Shown here piece by piece: positions 40,336-47,695 of a DNA stretch of 47,695 nucleotides (its first letter is position 1; each line of letters opens with the position of its first letter). Made by a program: the position numbers and the translations under genes. The stretch spans positions 1-47,695 of the forward strand of contig JALJEE010002916.1 in the NCBI GenBank assembly GCA_023231475.1, written 5' to 3'. This DNA is from Seison nebaliae (lineage: Eukaryota). The notes below the pieces were generated by a model. The model did not search any database. It was not told where the DNA came from and saw nothing but the letters and a program-made list of their open reading frames with translations.

Positions 40336-40734
40336 TTATCCAAATCTACAAAAGAGGAATGGTGAGAGGATGATGTGGATGAATGAAGTGAACCTTGGAC
40401 GACTAATGAGTACGTAGTAACGACGTAATTTCTCCATATACTCTCTCATCTGATCAAGGTTCTCGAATTTGGAGGGAGTCTCCGGCTTAAAAATAAGATT
40501 ACTGGAGAGTCGATTGAAAGTTCTTTTTCGACGAGTATCCGACTCGATTTGTGAGCGATGTAATTTGTTGGTTCTCAAAAGGAATTTCATGCAAGACAAC
40601 CGATTAAGAGAATTGGGTTGAATGCAATCATTTAATCCGATAATTTCGTTGACATCCGACATCATATCAACTTTGGAGGAGAAGCACATCAAATAGAATA
40701 GAATTGGTAGTGAAGTGATTTTGATGAAAAACAT
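40336..40734 (-). CDS. NPF: Neuropeptide F (NPF/NPY family) precursor; exons 40734-40394, 40345-40336
   Basis: Signal peptide; KPETPSKFENLDQMREYMEKLRRYYVLISRPRF-G with the PxxP and RPRF-amide signature; 48-nt intron inside the Arg codon of RPR|F, the intron position conserved in NPY/NPF genes. Confidence 0.92.
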   Translation of the reverse strand: MFFIKITSLPILFYLMCFSSKVDMMSDVNEIIGLNDCIQPNSLNRLSCMKFLLRTNKLHRSQIESDTRRKRTFNRLSSNLIFKPETPSKFENLDQMREYMEKLRRYYVLISRPRFTSFIHIILSPFLFCRFG

Positions 40735-41181
40735 TTTTATATTGAGAGTTGTTATTCCTATCTGAATGAGCGAATTGCATGAAAATATTTCTGAAGGATG
40801 TATATCTTCTTCTGACCAATTATGATATGTTCATAACTTTTACGTTAAAGGAAAAAAAATCTAAATGGGGAATTAGAGTGGAATTGAAATGATATATAAT
40901 AATTATATGGAATTCATTCATTCAAATGTTCATCGTCGTTCAACAAAAGAAAGAAGATATTTCTCCTGATGGATGAGGCATAAATGGGAGAAAGTAGAAT
41001 TATTTCCGTTCCTCTTCCTTTGCACGAGATGAAAGTAGGAATGACATAATTACGGGTTGACAACCATAATAAATATTTTAGATGGAGTAAAAGAATGGAA
41101 CTGCTCCAATAAAAACAATGCTAATTGGATGATATGAAACGAATTATTTGAATAATGATGATACGTAGGAAATATTAGTTG

Positions 41182-41206
41182 CTTCTTCTTCTTCTTCTTC
41201 TTCTTC
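41182..41206. repeat. (CTT)n microsatellite upstream of NPF
   Basis: About eight CTT units. Confidence 0.8.
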
Positions 41207-42168
41207 GTCTTTCAACCCTCATTCTTTCTCCCCCTCACTCATTCTTCCTTTTCACTCATTCTTACACTACCCGCCTCAAATCGTTTCTCCTGTCCCTCCA
41301 CTAGTCAAAGGAAGCTTTGTGCCAATTGCTTATTAGATAACATTTCCAAGTGGAAAATGATCTTTCCAAGTGTGTCAATTACATTTCGCGCCCAGACTAC
41401 ATAATAAGAAATGGAATGAGAATGATGAATGATCATTTAGTAGAGATCATTTAAGAGCATTTCCTTTCTGTTTCGTCCCCCCTCATTCGAATTGATGAGA
41501 ACATCCAGTGTGAAAGATGAAAGACAATCCAGAAAGATATATTATCAAATTAAAGTGTTAAACATTCCTCCTCTTCTCTCTAAATCACAATAACTTGTAT
41601 ATAACGAGAAAAAACGAATTGACATGGTGATGATGGATAATATGGTGCAGGAGAAAGAACAGGTAAGGAACGGTAGTGTTAATAATTATGGTGATTTCAA
41701 GTTGATTGGATGTTATAAATACGATTCGATTTTGATGAAGCTGACTGAAACCTTGATCCTAATAAACGATGCATGACTTACATAAATAGATAACGATCTA
41801 CATAAATATATAGAAGTGACGGATTTTAAATTGGGGGGGATGATGGAGAGTGATCGGACAAAAGGAATCATGTGGATAAGATTTAGATGTGCTAATAAAT
41901 GAGTGGTGAATGATTAAATGAGCTAACAATATATTCACTTACTTCATCGAAGTTTATTTCGCTTCGACGTTCTTCTCACGATTAAGTCATGACTCTTATT
42001 TCAATTATTGACAGAAACAATAAATAAACAATTAGTGATTGTATTTAACAGAAAATGGAAATGTGGAGGAAGATGGTGAATGAAGGTGGAAATGAAAATC
42101 TACTTTCATATATGACCCAATTTCGACATGTTTCGTTCACTTCCAAAAAATTTTTAATAAATTACATC

Positions 42169-45100
42169 TCAATCTACCACCTCCCACAATATCTGTCTAG
42201 CGATTTGTTGAATTTGATGAAAATCGATGTGGAGAAATCTCCGCCAAAATCTCTTTACCTTTCCCCATGTTTCCACGGGATAACAGGGACTACCAATTCC
42301 ATGGAATATTCGTGCAATTGCTCTCGCACTCAACTTCTTTTCTTCATTAAATTGTTCATTCAATTGAAGCAAGTCTTTAATCTCCCATCGAATTTCATCG
42401 ATCTCCTCACTAGATAAATTAATTTTTCTTACAGAATTATCTTTGAAAAAATTCTCGTCGTTCGTTATGAAATATTGGTTAAAGAATCGTCGTATATTTT
42501 CATCTGCTGCCGTTATCTCTTTGTTCGTTACTTCGTCGAAATGATGGGCGATTATTCCCCGCACACTTTCTTCACCGAATTTTCTCATGTTTTCGAGAAA
42601 GACGATCAATGACGAGAAAGATTTCGATGAAATTTTGTTGATTCGTTCAAAAATTTCATTACTCAAATGGTTGATGGTCGTCGTATTATTCACCAAATCC
42701 CAATTCAATATTTCACATCGTATACATGAGTCCGACCATTGTACGTTAATTCCAGATCGATAAACTTTTCCTTCAACTTAAAGAGAAGAATGTTCGAATG
42801 GAAAGAAGAGGAAGAAGAAGTTCTACCTGATCGAATGTATTGGAGATCATTCAATTCTTTCGTTAGTTCTTCCATCGTTAAATGGCGACAATTTATAATA
42901 TCGTGTGAATTGAATTTGATCTTTTTATCTTCGATTATACTTTTCTCTTTGATGATAGGAAACTGTTTTGACGATGAATTCGATGAAAAGGATATTTAAT
43001 TGGAAAACTTTCTGAAAGATTTCTTCAATTTGCGTCTGATCTTTGTAGCAATAAATTTCGCACTTGTAATTGCAATTTTTTAGTAGTTTAATATGTCCAC
43101 TCATTTCCAAATGTGTCAATATCGTTTCTAGAACTACGAAAAGAAAATGTTATTAGCAGAAGATAAAGTAGGAAACCTTCGATCTTCACATCATAAATTA
43201 ATGGAGATTTCTCGATGGAAATAAATCGTTCATGTGTCCCGTCGCCTGAACACCTACAAGTGAATTGGAAAAGATGTCTGAATAGTTGTTTCACACAATT
43301 TAAGTCGATCATCGTCGAATTGATATGTCGTTTCGCTTCATTCAATTCAACAGATTCCTTCAATTTCATCTTATTCGAATCATCTGAAATTATTTAAATT
43401 AAATAAGAAGAAATATAAAAAGTCGAACGATTTTCTTTCGAAAGAAATAAATGAGCATTCGCTTTCAACATATCTCGACCAGCACGACCTGTTTCTTGAA
43501 CATATGCTTCGATATTACTTGAAATATTATAATGAATAATTAATCGAACATTCGATTTATCAATTCCCATTCCTGTCAATCCAAATGATAATTAGATAAC
43601 ACGAAAATAATGGTAACCGAATGCGATTGTTGCGATCATAATTCGAATTTTATCTTTCATAAATTTCTTATAAATTTGTTTACGATTTGATGTTGATTTT
43701 CCAGCATGATAACTATCGAGCATTTCTGGTGAAATTATTTGTGCTAAATCCATTCTCAATAAATTGAGGAGGAAATCACAAGTATTCCGTCTCGAACAAT
43801 AAATGATAGCGACACCATTGTCATTTTTGTGATTGATCCATCTTTTTAATAATTGAATTAATGCTTCATTTCTATCTTCATCGAATGAAACGGTAAAGAA
43901 GATATTATTTCGAATAGTCTCATTAAATCGAATGACCGATCGATTACCGATATGAGAAACGATGTCTGACTCCATTTCTCTTGTGCATGTTGCCGTTAAT
44001 GCTAAGAAACAATCGACATTGAACTCGTCACGTAATAACTGAAAAGGAAGTTGATGAAACTATTCAGAAGAACTAACTTGACACACACGTAAATAGATAA
44101 CTCGGAAATTATAAGACCAATGAGAGATACAATGTGCTTCATCCATACAAACGAAAGCGATTCGTCTCTTCAAACATAATCGATGAAGAATATGATTTTT
44201 GGTGGTGGCTCCAGTCCAAACCATTTCAGGTGAAATCATCAGACAATGTATCGAGAGATCATTATCTAATTTATTCAACGTATTCTCTCGTTGCTTTTCC
44301 GTCAGGGAACTGTGCAATGTCACAATATTCAAACAATTCGGTGCATTCGATATCTGATCATCCATCAACGATACCAACGGTGAAATCACCAAAGTAATCG
44401 GTAAAATTTTCTCTTTTTTTTCTTCAAATATGAAAAGATTTAAACTGATAAAAAATCATAAAAATTTTTATTAAAACCAGTTTTTTTCCACATATCTCCA
44501 CAAAGTAAAAACGATGCAAATTGATAAATCAACGACTTTCCTGTATTAACCAGATGAAAAAAAAGAGAACATTATATAATCATGAAAATTATTCATTAAA
44601 AACCTGAAGCTGGTGGCACTACACATAAAGTAGATTTGCCTTCCAAAATGTGACGGATCGATTCTATTTGAAATGAATGGAAACCAGAATTAATTTTGAA
44701 ATATTTTTTAAGAATTTCTTCGAGAATTTCATCTCCCAATTCGCTACATTCTTCCCGTTTCTTTTCTAAATTGTTCGTCGAATTCATTTCTGGCTCATTT
44801 TCTACAAACTCCAATTCTTTCGTTTCGAATAATTGGGAAGAGTGTTCGGTCGTTTCCGATTGTTGAGGATATTCATCGTTCTCCAATATTTTGTCTAAAT
44901 CATCGTTGATATTATTCATTGCTAATTCGGCAATCTTTTGTGGACAGTTAGTCGCCCAATGTCCTTCTTCGTTACAACGGAAACATTTTGTTCCATCCGT
45001 CTGTGTCTTTTTACCTAATTTCGCCCGATAAACTTGTCTCTTACATCGATTACTTCGATTCTTTGTAAATTTACTACCATAACTTCTCTTATTATTAAGA

Positions 45101-45969
45101 CGACGATAATTTACTGATATGGTCGAGGCATTCCTCGTCATTCTCTTGTTTGAATGATTTTCCGTTACTCCCGTATCTGATGACGATGAAGATCGACGTC
45201 GTTTATTTGACATCGACAACTTTGTTGTATCATGTTGAGTAATCGTATCAATTTCATTCGTTTTTTCTACAATTTCAATTTCGGAAAGTTTTGATCGATT
45301 TATTTCACGATCGACATTTTCAATAATTTCATTCGTTACCGAAATCACTTCAGACATTTCATCCGATTTATCATTAACGTTCAAATCATTGCCAATAGAA
45401 ATCTCAATTTCTTGTTCAATCGACTCACTGATCGAAATTTTATTAATTCGAGAAATATCCTCTTTAATTTGTTCCTCATAATTCTTCAATTCAACTTTAT
45501 CCTTAAAATTCTTCACTTCAAAATTTTCTTCATTATTTTTCATTTCAATTTTATTTTCAAAATTCTTCTCTTCTGAATTATTTCCTTCAATCTTCTCTTC
45601 ATTATTATTCACATTAAAATCATCATCAAAACCGTTCAATTCTTCTGGTTCGAGTTGTGAAGTTAAAATTTCGTTGGTGAAGAAATTTCGATGATTCTCC
45701 AATATATCTGAATCGAATCGTCGAATGGGAAGTGAAGAGAATTTCGAACAAATATTTCGATCTTCGTTGACAGTCGCAACTCGTATCAATAAATTTAACA
45801 TATTCGATGATTTCTCTCGATTCTTCTTTTCACTGTTCTTCGATTGTCTAACCGTTTTCTTCTTTCCTTTATCTTTCCAATTTGCTACTGGTTTCTTCGT
45901 AGCCTTCTTCCTGTTTTCTTCCTCACCATACAAGAGGAATTGAGGACATCCAAATACTCGTTTCTCCAT
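42169..45969 (-). CDS. RECQL4: RecQ-like helicase 4; about 9 exons
   Basis: CCHC knuckle [82 protein letters not shown]4-type C-terminus [23 protein letters not shown]. Confidence 0.93.
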
Positions 45970-46096
45970 GAAAAAATTTAAGAAAAACAATAAAAATTTA
46001 TGAAAAATAGAAACATTAAACTTAAATCTGAAAATCCGCCAAAATTTCAAATAATGTTTAAAAAACGAAATTTTCTATTTGTATCAATTTTCACTT

Positions 46097-46110
46097 ATTT
46101 CCATAGAAAC
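46097..46110. promoter_or_regulatory. Candidate X-box ATTTCCATAGAAAC in the RECQL4 / CCDC166-like divergent promoter
   Basis: Fits the relaxed RYYNYY-WW-RRNRAC consensus; about 80 bp upstream of the ATG at 46189. Confidence 0.45.
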
Positions 46111-46188
46111 AAATAACAGATTAATTATAAACAAACAGCTAATATCTAAATTTGACATTCTATAATTTAATACATCTAATTCATTAGA

Positions 46189-46996
46189 ATGGACATTCTG
46201 GAAGAGTTAGATCAACTCCAACTCGATGGAGAAGACAAAGAAAATAATTTAATAAAAGAATATCGGAAATTGAAAAATGCTGATGATCGAATGAATGAAT
46301 TACAACTGGAACTTGGAAAGAAGTTGAAAGAAAAAAGAGAAACAAATAAAATTTTCCGAATAGAAAACCATCAAATTATTTCATATTCGAAGAACGTTGC
46401 CAAAGTTAAAATTTAAGAGAAAATGAAAAATTTTCCATTTTTTCAAGTCTCTAGGAAATGAAACAATAAACTTAAATGATTACTATAAAGAACGGATAAA
46501 GAATATTGATGAAGAGATTGTAAAGATGAAAGAAGAACAAGAGAAGAGAATGAAGGAAGTGGATGAAAGAATAGAAAAATTAAATTCGATTATTGAGAAA
46601 TTGGAAGAAGAAGTGAGAGAATTGGCACCAATCAGAAGAATAGAAAAGGAACAAGAAGATAAAATCTTGAAAATTCGAGAAGAATTGAAGAATTTACAAA
46701 TTGAACAACAAATTAAATTGAATGAATTAAAAGAGAAATTTCAGTGGGAGACGAATGAATTCAGTCGGCGGATGGAAATCGATATTCAAATGAACATCGC
46801 TAAAGCTAACGAAGAAGCGAAGGAACAGTTGAAGAATAATTGTTTACGAGTGGCGATGAAGAACGAAGAACTACGAGAGAATTTAATAGAATTAATGATG
46901 AAAAGTCGTATTGCATTACGTACAAGGGAATCATTGAAATTGGAAAAGAATAAATTAATTGATGAATTACATAATCAAAAGTATTTCCGAATATAA
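46189..46996 (+). CDS. Coiled-coil protein, CCDC166/CCDC121 (DUF4515)-like; exons 46189-46404, 46448-46996
   Basis: A 43-nt intron joins two ORFs in frame; VRELAPIRRIEKEQEDKILKIREEL..LKEKFQWETNEF and NEELRENLIELM parallel the remembered CCDC166 pattern. Confidence 0.65.
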
Positions 46997-47569
46997 CTTT
47001 TCATCAGTAACTACTTAAAATCATTTCTCCTCCCACGTGCATGTTGCATCAGAAGAGAACCATAATTCTTAAACTTTACTCTAAACTAATTTCCCAATTA
47101 ATCGTCTATTATTTTTGTAATTCCATCATTGCGATAAAATATCAATTTCTTTAAGTAATAGCATACATTCGGGTTCTCAATTAGAACGGATTAATACGAA
47201 ATTCATATTCGATAAATTTTCGATGACTGGTATGGCTTTTGTTAAATTGTGGAAAGGTTCGATTAATCGATAATAAGTCAATTTTATTTTATTAATTATA
47301 AATATAACTTATTTCGTATGGTAAAGAGGTTTTAAATGCGCAAGAACGAGAATTTTTCTTTACTAATATCTTCATGGATTTTCTTTAAAAAATTAAAATT
47401 TTAAAAAACATTTTTCCATCCAATTTCCCTAAAACCGATTAAACTTTGAAATTTATCTAATTTTCATGAAAATATTTTCATTAAAAATATTAAATAAGTG
47501 GAAGGAACAATGAAATTTATAAAAATAAAGCACTGATCGTTATAACGATTATAGAATAGTGATCGAAAA

Positions 47570-47690
47570 AAGACAAAAAATTTCCGAGGACAAAATTTTT
47601 GGCTTATGTTTGTCCGGACAATATTGTTTAGACAAAATTGTCTCGGACAAATTACCAAGAATTGTTCAAGTCAAAAGACAAAATTAAAAG
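47570..47690. repeat. Cluster of short direct/inverted RGACAA(A) / TTGTC motifs; possibly the edge of a transposon or minisatellite
   Basis: agacaaaa, ggacaaaa, ttgtccggacaa, agacaaaattgtctcggacaaa and agacaaaa within about 120 bp at the window end. Confidence 0.45.
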
Positions 47691-47695
47691 AACTT

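Noticed and set aside
46250..46275. KEYRKLK resembling the YREYRTLK motif of the RECQL4 N-terminus
   Set aside because: It is on the opposite strand and fits the coiled-coil gene's own frame; coincidental
1..47695. Alternative genetic code, CRISPR arrays, tRNA/rRNA/snRNA genes
   Set aside because: All genes translate with the standard code once introns are removed; no such arrays or RNA genes were recognised by eye (a covariance-model scan would be needed to exclude small RNAs)

Overview
AT-rich, gene-dense eukaryotic (animal) DNA. An NPF-type neuropeptide and a lachesin-like IgSF gene point to a protostome invertebrate with a compact genome; the species cannot be named from sequence alone. 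Manual splicing gives 16 protein-coding genes with mostly 41-57 nt introns: PRELID3/slowmo, a 3-Ig GPI-type adhesion protein, a small possible moonraker-like gene behind an X-box, FAU (Ubl-RPS30), SAP18, an SLC16 transporter, PMVK, an orphan, TBC1D5, two tandem PqaA/AprA-like secreted hydrolases, an 11-exon ERG (KCNH2-type) channel, a degenerate SUGCT-like CoA-transferase, an NPF precursor, RECQL4 and a CCDC166-like gene. The most striking signal is the splice code. About 53 of the ~55 introns I could place by frame and homology begin GTT rather than GTA/GTG, positions +4 to +6 show no consensus, and AAG acceptors are frequent. This suggests a lineage-specific change in 5' splice-site recognition. 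Gene identities rest on remembered family motifs, not database searches.
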